IMG/VR virus record: IMGVR_UViG_3300046616_000314
Location: 62,001-126,000 of that record
Reading direction: 5' to 3' (one strand)
Length of the DNA stretch: 64,000 nt
Part shown: one piece after another, positions 46,355 through 56,714 of the stretch
Layout: each line of letters begins with the position of its first letter
How positions within the stretch are numbered: the stretch's first letter is position 1
The notes under the pieces: model-generated
The model's input: the letters and a program-made list of their open reading frames with translations, nothing else
The model's database searches: none
What the model was told of the DNA's origin: nothing
Translations under genes and position numbers: made by a program

Positions 46355-46484
46355 TATCGTTTCACAAGCTTCCGCAGAGCTTTAAACAAGGCAGCAGCCT
46401 CGCCCTTTTCTCCATTGATTAGATAATCAATGGAATATGCCGTAGCAGTCATTACAACTGCTAAGAGAAGAATGGCAAGGAAAA

Positions 46485-47174
46485 TCATTCACGAACATCC
46501 AAGGGACGCTTTACATCCCATCGTTGCGGCAAGAACTTCGGTTGCATCGTCTTTACGAAATGCTCGCGCCAGCGCACGGTGAACGGGTAGTAATCTTCGT
46601 TCAGCATTTGAACCACGCGCTCAGCCCAATCGAATTTCATATCAGGGTTGAATGGTAGCGCGGCGATAGCTTCGATTCGAGCACGACGCTCGTCATCCAT
46701 GTAATGACTGTAGTTCGCAAGCGTACGCTTAGCACGTTCGATTTCGCGGTTTTGGTTCGCGGCGCGTTGCAAATCGTGGAATGCTACACCCAAATATTCC
46801 AGACATACTTCTTGGCGCAAGTCATCGCCCATGCGCTCGTAGGTATGATGGCAGTCATCGCACACCACCAGCAAATCATGATGCGAGTGTGACTTATATT
46901 TTTCAGGGAAGAACCGGCGGAAGCAATACGGGATCACGTGATGCCGGGTTAGGTTTTCTTCCGAGCCACAGACTACGCATTGGTTCTTGAAATTCTGCAT
47001 GTAATAGGGATCGTCTTGAGCCCCTACCCCGCCGGGTTCAAACAGCAGCTTGAAAATTTTATCGGTTTCCCAGGTAGCCAGACCCTTGCGGGTGTACCAA
47101 TCGGCACGCGCGCTATCTACGTTGCAAAGATGCGACCCATCTGGCGCCAGCATTTTATATGATTCGTAAATCAC
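46485..47174 (-). CDS. HNH-like protein resembling the C-terminal domain of eukaryotic EXD2
   Basis: MLAPDGSHLC..ADWY..KGL..LLFEP..YY..NQCVVCG..RHHVIPYC.R..FP..KSH.HHD..CDDCH; start moved to the GTGA overlap. Confidence 0.7.
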   Translation of the reverse strand: MIYESYKMLAPDGSHLCNVDSARADWYTRKGLATWETDKIFKLLFEPGGVGAQDDPYYMQNFKNQCVVCGSEENLTRHHVIPYCFRRFFPEKYKSHSHHDLLVVCDDCHHTYERMGDDLRQEVCLEYLGVAFHDLQRAANQNREIERAKRTLANYSHYMDDERRARIEAIAALPFNPDMKFDWAERVVQMLNEDYYPFTVRWREHFVKTMQPKFLPQRWDVKRPLDVRE

Positions 47175-47389
47175 AGGAACAAAACCTTCAGACCATACAC
47201 CACCCATATCACATAGGCGGCGGTGACGAAAATCCAACTTCCGATAATTAATCGGGCTTGGCTGTAAAATTCATCGTTGTGAGGCTTTGGGAAGCCCTTC
47301 AGGAGGGTTCGGAGGCGGAATGAACCCACGAGTAGCCCAAGACCTAAAAGGGTCGTAGCGAGGATTAGAAAGCCTTGTAGGAGGATCAT
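47171..47389 (-). CDS. Small membrane protein
   Basis: Two hydrophobic helices. Confidence 0.6.
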   Translation of the reverse strand: MILLQGFLILATTLLGLGLLVGSFRLRTLLKGFPKPHNDEFYSQARLIIGSWIFVTAAYVIWVVYGLKVLFL

Positions 47390-47619
47390 GAGAACAGCGT
47401 CGCGATTCGATAGACCACTACGGCAACATAGACGAAATATATGAGCCATAGAGCAATGATCACACCGCCTATTAGGTGATCAAATGCTTTGTCATCCGCA
47501 CTTTTTTCCGCGCGAGGTTCACCATAGATGACACTCACCGCGAAACCGGTTAGTCGCGGCAACATGCTACCGATGCCTACCGCGATGACTGTAAGAACGA
47601 ATGCGAAAAAAACGTTCAT
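47386..47619 (-). CDS. Small membrane protein
   Basis: Two hydrophobic helices. Confidence 0.6.
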   Translation of the reverse strand: MNVFFAFVLTVIAVGIGSMLPRLTGFAVSVIYGEPRAEKSADDKAFDHLIGGVIIALWLIYFVYVAVVVYRIATLFS

Positions 47620-47620
47620 G

Positions 47621-47830
47621 TTAAATCCAAAAAGGCACGGATAGACAGACCCACCAACCGTACATGCCAATGACCATTGCCGTCAGGACAGCCGACGTGA
47701 TACGGAATTCCAGCTTGATCGGCTTCATGCGCCAAATCCGCACGGTTTGCGCGATGATGGCGACGACCGTCAGTCCAACCGCGATGGTGAACATAATCAT
47801 CCCAAGGACGAACCAAGGATCGTTCGGCAT
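47621..47830 (-). CDS. Small membrane protein
   Basis: Two hydrophobic helices. Confidence 0.6.
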   Translation of the reverse strand: MPNDPWFVLGMIMFTIAVGLTVVAIIAQTVRIWRMKPIKLEFRITSAVLTAMVIGMYGWWVCLSVPFWI

Positions 47831-47831
47831 T

Positions 47832-48518
47832 TTAAGTCCCCTCATGAATCATTTTGAGGAAAACGTCAGCGGTGTATCGCGAATCGTTTCCCGCACAATG
47901 GAAATGGGTTGCGCCCACGTGATAGTAATGCGCCAAATCAACAAGCTTCAGCTTACGCCCAAAGCGAGCCTTACACAACTGCGCGGTGTCATAATAATAT
48001 GGGCGCGGCAAATCGTAGCCCGAGTCTCGTAAGGCATCCAAGTCAAAGTGGACGCTATGACCAACGAGGAAATCGGCGGTGTTGAAATGCGACAGCACCA
48101 GACGCTTCATTTGTGCTTCGGTGGCAACCACAATAGTCTCACCAAATTCAAAGGGGATGGTGCGCTTCTTGGTTTCGAGAGCGTAGTTGTACGTCTCAAT
48201 CGAATTGCCACGGAAGACAGTCACGCCGATTTCTTCGATCACGCCTTCAAGGGTGCGTTCCAGATCGAGTGACAGGAACCTCTTACCTTTGCGGAACTTG
48301 TCGAGCGCGATCCGGGTTGACCGCTCCCAAAATTCATCCTGGCGAGCGAAATACCTGCGATCCGAAATCTTTTTGATCTTGTCCTTGATGCGAGCGATCT
48401 TGGGCATTTCGCGATCATACCGAACGCTGGCTCGCATGTAGCCATACGGACCCTCGCGCAAAGCAATCAGCTTGCGCTCATGATCTTCAATGCGTTCGCG
48501 TAAAAGATTCAGGTCCAT
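47832..48518 (-). CDS. DEDDh 3'-5' exonuclease
   Basis: LSLDLE, LVGHSVHFD, YDTAQL, HCAGNDSRYT. Confidence 0.85.
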   Translation of the reverse strand: MDLNLLRERIEDHERKLIALREGPYGYMRASVRYDREMPKIARIKDKIKKISDRRYFARQDEFWERSTRIALDKFRKGKRFLSLDLERTLEGVIEEIGVTVFRGNSIETYNYALETKKRTIPFEFGETIVVATEAQMKRLVLSHFNTADFLVGHSVHFDLDALRDSGYDLPRPYYYDTAQLCKARFGRKLKLVDLAHYYHVGATHFHCAGNDSRYTADVFLKMIHEGT

Positions 48519-49105
48519 TATTCAGCAATACCACGAAGACGTAGTTTGTCAAGAGAAACAGTATGAGTAATCTTGTTGCCCGACAATAGAGCTATGGCGA
48601 TTTCATCGTGTGTCTTGAAGAACAACCACTGACCAAAATTGTGAGCATCGGGGAATTTGGCGAAGAATTTTTTATCATCCGTGCTTCGCAGCATGTACTT
48701 GAATTCGGCATGGTCATCGCGGCTCTGCGTCAAATTGACATACGCAATACCCGCGAGCGCACCATAATTCATGGTGATTTTTTTATAGCGCGGAAGATTT
48801 TTTGTGCGACAGCCGGGGTGCGGATAGTAATGATAGAAGTCCCACTCAGAATTCTTTGCGTTCTGTTTGCTATCGCGCGCCAGGAGCATAGAGAACGCTG
48901 CATCGCGTGAATGGAAATTCGAAATGGGCTGATAGCCATTAGGCAAAATCACGCGCCATTTTTCATAATCAGGAAAGGTGTTATCGGCAAATACGATGCC
49001 GATGTATTCACCAGACCGGCGATACGTCAGATAGCGTGACCCGCCCAAATTTCTGAAACGAGGGTGATCTTTTTCGAATTTATATGGAGGAAATTCGATC
49101 CCCAT
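48518..49105 (-). CDS. Hypothetical protein, divergent FKLK-like C-terminus
   Basis: LFFKTHDEIAIALLSG; start moved to the TAATG overlap. Confidence 0.6.
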   Translation of the reverse strand: MGIEFPPYKFEKDHPRFRNLGGSRYLTYRRSGEYIGIVFADNTFPDYEKWRVILPNGYQPISNFHSRDAAFSMLLARDSKQNAKNSEWDFYHYYPHPGCRTKNLPRYKKITMNYGALAGIAYVNLTQSRDDHAEFKYMLRSTDDKKFFAKFPDAHNFGQWLFFKTHDEIAIALLSGNKITHTVSLDKLRLRGIAE

Positions 49106-49530
49106 TAGTATCGGATCACCGTGCCGAAGGGAGGAACCACGTCCGCAGGCACGTCCATCAGAACAAACGTCGTCGGGCAATAATGCGGATCGGCGCCTTT
49201 GAAATCATAGGTATCGGTGAAGAACGTCAGTTGGTCGGGTTTGACTTCCACGTTCTTCAGGAAAGCCCACAGGCGACCTAGGCTCGTCCCGCCGCCACCG
49301 TGGCTCAAATCGTAAGACGTGATGCCTTCCACCGCCTGATGATGATCAAAGGTCTGGTAGTTGTGAACCACAGTGTCGAGCGAAAAAACGTGCAGCATGA
49401 ACGGCTCGCCTTGGGCGGTATATCGTTGGGCGACGCCCGTGGCGTGAGCCCTGAAAGCTTCCATGGTGTAAGGACCGACGCTACCCGAAGCGTCAAAGAC
49501 GATGGCGTAATGCTTCATGACAAATCCCAC
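49105..49530 (-). CDS. VWA-like domain protein (DUF2201 C-terminal type)
   Basis: IVFDASGSV (MIDAS), GGGGT, FFTD. Confidence 0.75.
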   Translation of the reverse strand: MGFVMKHYAIVFDASGSVGPYTMEAFRAHATGVAQRYTAQGEPFMLHVFSLDTVVHNYQTFDHHQAVEGITSYDLSHGGGGTSLGRLWAFLKNVEVKPDQLTFFTDTYDFKGADPHYCPTTFVLMDVPADVVPPFGTVIRY

Positions 49531-49580
49531 ATATATTAATCAATGTAGGCAGTATCGCTCATAATACTATTTTGTCAAGC

Positions 49581-49892
49581 TTAGACTCGGAGTTTAAATT
49601 CGACCATGCTTTCATCGTCGGGAAACACCACGATTATATGAGATTGTGTCTTCTCAAAATCATAATGATGCCATAGTTCGAATAGATCAGCGGTATTAAG
49701 CTTGTTGTAGACATCAATCATTTTGGATTGTTGTTCAGCGCATTCAGTCGTGCCCTTGTGGACAAACTTGAAAATTCGAGAAGGAAATTCGAATATTCGG
49801 CAGCGTTGGGCGGGCTCGATATACCGGAGCCCCCAATGCATAGCGCCCATGGCAGGCTTAGCCTTTGTGAAATCCATCGGGGGAAATATCAT
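49581..49892 (-). CDS. FKLK-motif family protein
   Basis: VFPDDESMVEFKLRV*. Confidence 0.75.
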   Translation of the reverse strand: MIFPPMDFTKAKPAMGAMHWGLRYIEPAQRCRIFEFPSRIFKFVHKGTTECAEQQSKMIDVYNKLNTADLFELWHHYDFEKTQSHIIVVFPDDESMVEFKLRV

Positions 49893-50425
49893 TCGATTCC
49901 CCGAAGATCGCGAAATTCAATTAGTTTTTCGCCCAGGATCAATCGGGCGATCACCACGTCATCTTCGGTCTTCAACAGACTGATGTTGTCACGGGTGAAA
50001 ATGTTTTCGATCTTTGCCAGCTTAGAGCGGACGGTGATCGGATGGCGAATCAGAAAATGAAATTCTCTCCAATCCTTTCGAGAACGGGTCAGAGACCGAA
50101 ACGTGGAGACCGAACTGTGTCCAGATTTGGTGGCGAGATATTCGATTATCGGTCCCGTGCCAGGAGTATCATTATCCGAAACGTGGTGCCGGATCATAAT
50201 CCCAGGATGGATGGCGGCATTTGTGACCTGAATAGCCGCATCAAACTGTCGAGACTCACACCAATTGGCGACAGTGCCATCAAGTGACACCATTCGCCAA
50301 TTGTACGGTGCGGCTCTGGTAGTGTCTTTGTAGACCCATCCAACGACGGCGTAGCCCTCACACGTGGTCCAATTATGGACTTCATATTTCTTGGGGTTGG
50401 ACCCTTTGACGGGAACAATCATCAT
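49889..50425 (-). CDS. Hypothetical protein, divergent FKLK-like C-terminus
   Basis: LLKTEDDVVIARLILG; similar layout to 48518-49105. Confidence 0.6.
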   Translation of the reverse strand: MMIVPVKGSNPKKYEVHNWTTCEGYAVVGWVYKDTTRAAPYNWRMVSLDGTVANWCESRQFDAAIQVTNAAIHPGIMIRHHVSDNDTPGTGPIIEYLATKSGHSSVSTFRSLTRSRKDWREFHFLIRHPITVRSKLAKIENIFTRDNISLLKTEDDVVIARLILGEKLIEFRDLRGIE

Positions 50426-50793
50426 TAGGAATACATCGGACGCAGATCGATGATGCGCCGAATGCCGACATCGCCGCACTTCAGCTTGATCATCATCAGA
50501 GCATCATCATCGTCCTTGACGAACGTGAAGTTGCTGAACGAGATAGTGTTTTCGACCTTCTCGACCTTCTTCTTGGTGCCGTTCTTACGTTGTACCATAT
50601 AGGCGTAATCCTTGAAGTCGTTGGGACGCATTTCAAAGAACTGCGCGAAAGCGATGCCGCAGTAATCATCAATCGCGTCCAGGGAATCCAAGATATGTTG
50701 GACAGGATCGAAATATCCATTGATCACGTCCAGGCGACGTTGCGTTTCATCGAGCGGAATATTCAAGATGATTTTGATATACGACATGAACAA
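50425..50793 (-). CDS. FKLK-motif family protein
   Basis: FVKDDDDALMMIKLKCG. Confidence 0.7.
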   Translation of the reverse strand: MFMSYIKIILNIPLDETQRRLDVINGYFDPVQHILDSLDAIDDYCGIAFAQFFEMRPNDFKDYAYMVQRKNGTKKKVEKVENTISFSNFTFVKDDDDALMMIKLKCGDVGIRRIIDLRPMYS

Positions 50794-50816
50794 CCCTATG
50801 CATTAATCGATAGGGT

Positions 50817-50844
50817 AATGTACCACGGTCTTAGGCGTTGTCAA
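50817..50844 (-). promoter_or_regulatory. sigma70-like promoter
   Basis: TTGACA-N16-TACATT with TGG before the -10 box. Confidence 0.7.
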
Positions 50845-52529
50845 TAGTCCAAGAAATCATCAAGCGTCTTCGTATATACGGTTGGACCAAATGCACTAAC
50901 CTTGTCGAGTATTGGAACAAGACCCGCAAAGTCGGCTCTCTTATAATTGCCAGCTTCCAAGCATGATCTGATCAACAAATCAAATTTGTCTCTTGAGAAA
51001 CCTTGCTTAGCACCCTCAATAATCAATGCATAAAGGAATTGCAACGATCTATCGCCAAAGAATCGACGCGCATGACTATGTGCTTGTGACCAAAAGCCAA
51101 TTAACTCTTTGGGATCGGTACAAGCCGTCATGACGGTAGATTGGTGATTATATAGCAGATACTTGAAATATTCGGGATTTTCGCGCACATACTTCACAGG
51201 ATCGATTGTTCTATTCCACCAAATACTTAACAGGTGTGCTCGTTGACCGGGCTCAAGGAAATCGGCAGCCAATATCTTAGCCATCAATTCTTGAGTCATA
51301 TGGAAATCTCGTTTACCGAGTTGGTACACGGTGTCATCGGCATTGTCCTTCAACTGTTGAAGATATTCTTCATCAGTGAACGGAATCAAATTGTACGGAT
51401 AAGCCCAGGCGAAATATTTTTCCTTGATTTCGTCCTGAATAGATACGGGAAGAATACCCCAACCGAGTGTTGTAAAAATGCTCACGTGAGAGCCTTCTAG
51501 AACATCGCGGACCAACTTAAGTTCTTCTGGTGTAAATTTACCGCCTTGTTGATATCGCTTGGTAAGAAATTTCTTTAGGGCAAGCGGATTGTCAATATAC
51601 ATATCAACAGGTGTCGGAGTACGATCAACAAGGCGCCGATTACGGATGACATCTACCTCGCGCAAGCCTTTCTTAGAGAAAAACAGTGCTTGAACAGGTT
51701 CATTGGTGTGGATGATACCTTCACCCTCGACATCAACGCAACCATCGTAGCCTAACTGCATGAACAGTTTCGACCAACGAGTTGTCAGCTTGATACCATA
51801 TTCGCGGCGTTGAGCACGAATCGCATCAACAACATTTTCTTTACCGAAACTCAGCAATTCTTTCCAGATCGGTGAGTCCATTGTAGTTTTGTGGACCGCG
51901 TTGTAAGTTGCAATTTTATCGTCAAGGTCTTCTAGACTCTTGACTTGATTGAAATTCAACGGATACCAATATTTGTTAACATACATTTGAATTGGCGTAG
52001 CGTGTGCCATTTGAAAATCATCCGTGTCACTTGCTAGTTCACGTGTGATATTCCAAATCATACCACCAGCCGATTTATTAGTCGCTGAATTTTTCGCTTT
52101 TTCTACGATATGCTTGAATCGAAATTCATAATTTTCATTCTTGACGATAATATCGTGTAGCTTACGAACGTCTTCGTCCATTTGTCTCTCTGTATAAAGA
52201 GAGAAATCAATCATGTTCCCGGTTGCCTGAACAACGTACATATAGGCACGATCTTTGGCGAACGGAACATTGCCTTGTGCCATAAGAACGTAATCAACGG
52301 GATAGACATAGATACCCAGAGGCGTACCGTAGCTATAAGTCGGATTGATACCGATCTTTGTGCCTTTTGTATGGGGAGATTTGTTTCTCACCATCCCTTG
52401 ATCCATGCTGTCAACGAACGAGACAAACATAGTCGGATCATTCGCATATTGCTTCAGTTCTTCAAGGCTATCGATTTTTTTGTTGATATGGGCGTTACGA
52501 CGCTTTTCAAACAATTCAAAAGCGCGCAT
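50841..52529 (-). CDS. RRNP-family protein 1 (putative packaged ART-fold effector)
   Basis: MRAFELFE; FVSF, KIGINP..TPLGIYVYP, LGYDG.VD..GIIH.NEP.QA.FF. Confidence 0.7.
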   Translation of the reverse strand: MRAFELFEKRRNAHINKKIDSLEELKQYANDPTMFVSFVDSMDQGMVRNKSPHTKGTKIGINPTYSYGTPLGIYVYPVDYVLMAQGNVPFAKDRAYMYVVQATGNMIDFSLYTERQMDEDVRKLHDIIVKNENYEFRFKHIVEKAKNSATNKSAGGMIWNITRELASDTDDFQMAHATPIQMYVNKYWYPLNFNQVKSLEDLDDKIATYNAVHKTTMDSPIWKELLSFGKENVVDAIRAQRREYGIKLTTRWSKLFMQLGYDGCVDVEGEGIIHTNEPVQALFFSKKGLREVDVIRNRRLVDRTPTPVDMYIDNPLALKKFLTKRYQQGGKFTPEELKLVRDVLEGSHVSIFTTLGWGILPVSIQDEIKEKYFAWAYPYNLIPFTDEEYLQQLKDNADDTVYQLGKRDFHMTQELMAKILAADFLEPGQRAHLLSIWWNRTIDPVKYVRENPEYFKYLLYNHQSTVMTACTDPKELIGFWSQAHSHARRFFGDRSLQFLYALIIEGAKQGFSRDKFDLLIRSCLEAGNYKRADFAGLVPILDKVSAFGPTVYTKTLDDFLDY

Positions 52530-54418
52530 TAGAATACTCCCTCATCATCGTCGGCTTCAGCCCGATCAGTTTCAAACTTGAGCATTTCCATCACGTTGTT
52601 GAGACCAAGCTTTTCAGCACGATCATAGACGGTTGCCCAATACTTGTTCAGACCTTCCATGCGGTCGGACTGACGAATTTCAGGATGAGTGCGAGCCATT
52701 TCTTCATTGATCAAATGAATCAAGTTTGAAATCTGACCCTGTTGGCAATCATTTGCGTATAACAACAGAGAACCCATCCAAGCGGGAGTACGATCAGCCA
52801 AGCTAACAATGTCGTATACATTGCGTTTGACGAATTGGTAATACTTCATGAAGTCTTGAGGCGTGCGGCGTTGACGCAGGAATGCCATAAGAATCGGTTG
52901 GCTAATCTTATAAATGTTGCCATTGAACAGCCCCGGTTTGCTTCCAATGAAATCAAAGATCATCTTCTGGTGATTGACGATGCCCTGATTGACAATCCCG
53001 GCGATAAGATCAGCCGAGGCGCGGGCATCGTTCACGACTGCCTCAAAGACATGCGGGCGACGTAGAATAGCTCTATAAAAACCCTTGGCGTGTCCACTGA
53101 AGTAATGTGGATCGAAGTTTTGCTGATAGTTCAAAACCTGATTGACCATTTGTTTATCTGTGAAGTCAATCGCATCCAACGGGAAACCAATTCGTTCCCA
53201 GTGTTCGCGAACATAGGACTTCACTTCAGCAGGGAACATCGGATAGATGTCGGCAAATACTTCATTGTCATGATTATAGCCGATGACTTCGGTCATCATC
53301 TTGATTTCGTCGGGAGTATACTCGCCCTTGTGCTTATGAATCCATGCCTTGAACAGCTTAGGCTTTTCAATGAAAATCGTAGTCTGACCTTTTGGCTTCT
53401 CGTGCTGGACGTTGTTGAGGACTTCCAATTCTTGGATACCAGCCTTGGAGAAGAACACGGCTTGAGTGGGTTCATTCTCGTGAATAATTCCCTTACCTTG
53501 TAGGTCAGATGCTCCCGAATAGCCAAGGTCACGGAATAGTTTAGACCAATTGGCGATGCCCTTGGTGGATTGGATGCGCCGGAATTCTTCGACCGCAGCC
53601 AATACTTGTTCCGGTGTAGCCTTATTCAGAGCGTCTACAGCACCTTTGAAGTTTACTTCAAGCAACTCACGAATGGTCATCGGCGTTTTTTCAGTCGCCA
53701 CGGATGATTGTCGGTTGAATGCTGCTTTATATTTTTCAACGTCTTCGGCTGTCTTGAGCGTAGAAGAATGAGGAATTAGCTTACGATCATTCGGCGGAAT
53801 ACCGGTTTCAAAATCAGCACTCTTCCATGTCGCCGAAATCAGCATATTCATAGGCGAACGCTGATTGTACATGCCATGGCGCCGCCCTGACAACAGGCGA
53901 GTCAAATTCCAAATCTTCCCACCAGGGGTTCTAGATGTTGAAGTAGAATCAGCAAGTAATTGCATTTCTTGAAATTGCGTATCGCTCATGAGGTTCATGG
54001 CTCGCAACTTTGCGGCATCCTTGTCGTAGTCTTCTTGCGAATACGTGTGTAAGTCCAACACATTACCGCGCGCCTTGACGACATACAGGTATGGGCGTTT
54101 CGCAGCGAAAGGAACGTCGTTGACAAATTTCTTCAAAACGTAATCGACCGGATAGCAGTAGATACCCACCGGGGTATTGTAATTGGTCTTCGGGTTGATG
54201 CCGATCTTAGAGCCGCGTTGGTTCGCCAGTGTTCCCTTGGAACGAATACCGCCAAACGTTTCGTCACCGATGCTGCGAAGAGAGTGCGCGCCGACATCAT
54301 GCGTGAACGAAACGTACACGTCGGGATGACCTTCATATTTTCGCAAGGCATCGATAGCGGAAACCTTGGGATTCAGGTCTGGATTTCGACGTTTCTCGAA
54401 TAGTTCAAATGCGCGCAT
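52529..54418 (-). CDS. RRNP-family protein 2 (putative packaged ART-fold effector)
   Basis: MRAFELFEKRRNP; same conserved motifs. Confidence 0.7.
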   Translation of the reverse strand: MRAFELFEKRRNPDLNPKVSAIDALRKYEGHPDVYVSFTHDVGAHSLRSIGDETFGGIRSKGTLANQRGSKIGINPKTNYNTPVGIYCYPVDYVLKKFVNDVPFAAKRPYLYVVKARGNVLDLHTYSQEDYDKDAAKLRAMNLMSDTQFQEMQLLADSTSTSRTPGGKIWNLTRLLSGRRHGMYNQRSPMNMLISATWKSADFETGIPPNDRKLIPHSSTLKTAEDVEKYKAAFNRQSSVATEKTPMTIRELLEVNFKGAVDALNKATPEQVLAAVEEFRRIQSTKGIANWSKLFRDLGYSGASDLQGKGIIHENEPTQAVFFSKAGIQELEVLNNVQHEKPKGQTTIFIEKPKLFKAWIHKHKGEYTPDEIKMMTEVIGYNHDNEVFADIYPMFPAEVKSYVREHWERIGFPLDAIDFTDKQMVNQVLNYQQNFDPHYFSGHAKGFYRAILRRPHVFEAVVNDARASADLIAGIVNQGIVNHQKMIFDFIGSKPGLFNGNIYKISQPILMAFLRQRRTPQDFMKYYQFVKRNVYDIVSLADRTPAWMGSLLLYANDCQQGQISNLIHLINEEMARTHPEIRQSDRMEGLNKYWATVYDRAEKLGLNNVMEMLKFETDRAEADDDEGVF

Positions 54419-54422
54419 GACT

Positions 54423-54428
54423 TATTTA
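54423..54428 (-). promoter_or_regulatory. T4-late-like promoter element TAAATA
   Basis: TAAATA-AGTC-ATG (gene start 54418). Confidence 0.7.
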
Positions 54429-56219
54429 TTAGTCCATTTTATGCGCGTCACCGTAAACTTGCGTCACCGGATTTGCTTGATGAATTGCTCGCTTGATCTC
54501 ATCTACATACTTGGGAGCATGAGCCGTAGTCCATGCAAGCAAATTGTTCCACCATGCGCCTTCGTCAGTCGGATGATATGAGAATGCGGGTTCCGAACTG
54601 CGAAGCATATTGGTAACGAGTTGGTCATAGCCTTTGCTCATAGCATATTGAAGACAGCCCATAAGGAAAGTTGGTCCCTTGGCAGATATACCGCTGGAAA
54701 CTAGGGCTCGTTCGACCATTTTACCGATTTCGACAAAGGTTTCCGGGTCTTCAATTCGGCGCATTCCCACTGTTTGAGCAAATGGTGACATTTTGGAGAA
54801 TTCTTCTTTATTATTCTTTATGAACTGATTGACGGCTTCGGTATTTTTAACAATTGACGCCAGTTCGTAGAATACTAAGCTCTTATTACCAGCCGACATA
54901 TAATTTTTGTTCTTTGATTGCATCAAATACAAGAACGTTTCAGGCGTAATGACAAACTTGTCAATTTTGTTGAGAAGGCTTGGGTTACGCATGACCTGAT
55001 AAGCAATCTCGTGTTGCGTCAAGCCAGGAACACATTTGGGATCGAACACACCCTCATACCAGCGAACACGAATATCCTTGCGAATTGATTCGGGAAGCAG
55101 GTTCCAATTGATTACGCGAATAGCTTCTGGGTTCTCCCAAATGAAACTATTAATCAGGTTAACTTCTTCTTCGTTGAATGGCTTGCGGCTATGCTTCTCT
55201 AGATATTTGGCGAACTTCAAATAATCGTAGTACCATTCGGTATCAACGCGATACGGCTTGTGCGAATAGGTGATGTTGTGGATAGTCTCGACTTCACTGA
55301 AGCTTTTCTTATTGAAGAACAACGCTTGTGTGGGTTCGTTCTGGTGAATGATACCATCACCATTATCGATCAGACCATCATAGCCTAGACCTTGGAAAAC
55401 TTTGGACCATCGGGTTGTTGGTTTAGAACCCGAAATGGCACGGAACTTATTCGCGATCTCCGCAAACTCTTCTGGTGACGTGTTTTCGAATTGATCGTAC
55501 ATGCCATTTTGACGAAGGCTGTCACGGAAATTTGTGAGCAACGCTTTCTTCAACGCAACGCCAGTACGATCAGCGATTACTTCCTTATAAGACCACGGTG
55601 AATTCAAATAAATCTTGGCGATGAATTCGTGTAGGCCATCGGTGTATCGCAAATGTTGTGCTTCGAAGGTAGGAAACTCGCGGCAGATGTTGAAGAAATA
55701 TCCGCCAGGAGATTGCACTTTGGCTTCGTAACTGGCTCGATTTACAAACTCTTTCCAGTCATCGTCATCAACGTCTGGAACGTCGGCTTGCAATGCGGCG
55801 CAATCGTTCTCTAAATCATCTTGAGAATACTTTTGTAGATCAAGCATGTTGCCCGTAGAGCGAATGACCTGAATGTATGGACGGTCGGCAGCATAGGGAA
55901 CATCCGGTTCACCGCTGCTTCGATCAAGTACGTAAGAAATTGGGTAGGCGTAGATACCTAGAGGCGTGCCGTGGTCATATTTCGGATTGATGCCGATCTT
56001 GGAGCCGCGCGAGTTATGGCTTTTGCCTTTGGCGTTGATGCCCGTTCCGGTGTTGTACGGTTCAGCGGCAACGTCAGGATTGGATTTCGTACCAACATCA
56101 TCGGTGAAACTGACGTAAACGTCATCGCGACCCTTGTACTTCTTTAAGGAGTCCAGGGCAGAAACCTTGGGGTTCTGTTCGGGATTACGTCGGGCTTCAA
56201 GGATTTCGTATGCGCGCAT
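54429..56219 (-). CDS. RRNP-family protein 3 (putative packaged ART-fold effector)
   Basis: MRAYEILEARRNP; same conserved motifs. Confidence 0.7.
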   Translation of the reverse strand: MRAYEILEARRNPEQNPKVSALDSLKKYKGRDDVYVSFTDDVGTKSNPDVAAEPYNTGTGINAKGKSHNSRGSKIGINPKYDHGTPLGIYAYPISYVLDRSSGEPDVPYAADRPYIQVIRSTGNMLDLQKYSQDDLENDCAALQADVPDVDDDDWKEFVNRASYEAKVQSPGGYFFNICREFPTFEAQHLRYTDGLHEFIAKIYLNSPWSYKEVIADRTGVALKKALLTNFRDSLRQNGMYDQFENTSPEEFAEIANKFRAISGSKPTTRWSKVFQGLGYDGLIDNGDGIIHQNEPTQALFFNKKSFSEVETIHNITYSHKPYRVDTEWYYDYLKFAKYLEKHSRKPFNEEEVNLINSFIWENPEAIRVINWNLLPESIRKDIRVRWYEGVFDPKCVPGLTQHEIAYQVMRNPSLLNKIDKFVITPETFLYLMQSKNKNYMSAGNKSLVFYELASIVKNTEAVNQFIKNNKEEFSKMSPFAQTVGMRRIEDPETFVEIGKMVERALVSSGISAKGPTFLMGCLQYAMSKGYDQLVTNMLRSSEPAFSYHPTDEGAWWNNLLAWTTAHAPKYVDEIKRAIHQANPVTQVYGDAHKMD

Positions 56220-56223
56220 CCTT

Positions 56224-56229
56224 TATTTA
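56224..56229 (-). promoter_or_regulatory. T4-late-like promoter element TAAATA
   Basis: TAAATA-AAGG-ATG (gene start 56219). Confidence 0.7.
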
Positions 56230-56238
56230 TTTGAGGAT

Positions 56239-56451
56239 TTATCTGAACTTCAACTTGAATAGCAATGCATCTTCTTCTGTACGAAACCATATTGTTTTCC
56301 GTACACACTCGTCATCAATCAAGTCGGTTTGTTCCTTATATTCCATTGTGGGATTCTTCTTAAAATATGCGCGAAGTCTCTGGCGCAACACTACGGATGC
56401 AGCCAGCGAATAATCTACTTCAATGGTTACGGAATGTTGATAGTCCTTCAT
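56239..56451 (-). CDS. FKLK-motif family protein
   Basis: WFRTEEDALLFKLKFR*. Confidence 0.8.
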   Translation of the reverse strand: MKDYQHSVTIEVDYSLAASVVLRQRLRAYFKKNPTMEYKEQTDLIDDECVRKTIWFRTEEDALLFKLKFR

Positions 56452-56714
56452 CCGAACTTCAGCTTGAAAATCATGGCGATCTCTTCGTCATCGAAATAGA
56501 ACGCTTGGGTTCGAATTCCGGTTGTATACATATTATTGTCGCGATGGTCGTATTCCCACATAACGTCTTCGGACAACGCACGGAACCATTCGGTGATAGG
56601 GTCATAGTCGTCGGGGTGATTGAGCGTGACCACGACTTTGCAAAGCCATGGATCATTTTTCTGGATCGCACTGAAACTACGGTCGGCTACGCCGTCTATG
56701 ACCAATTCTTTCAT
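56448..56714 (-). CDS. FKLK-motif family protein
   Basis: ITEWF; FYFDDEEIAMIFKLKFG*; start moved to the ATGA overlap. Confidence 0.8.
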   Translation of the reverse strand: MKELVIDGVADRSFSAIQKNDPWLCKVVVTLNHPDDYDPITEWFRALSEDVMWEYDHRDNNMYTTGIRTQAFYFDDEEIAMIFKLKFG

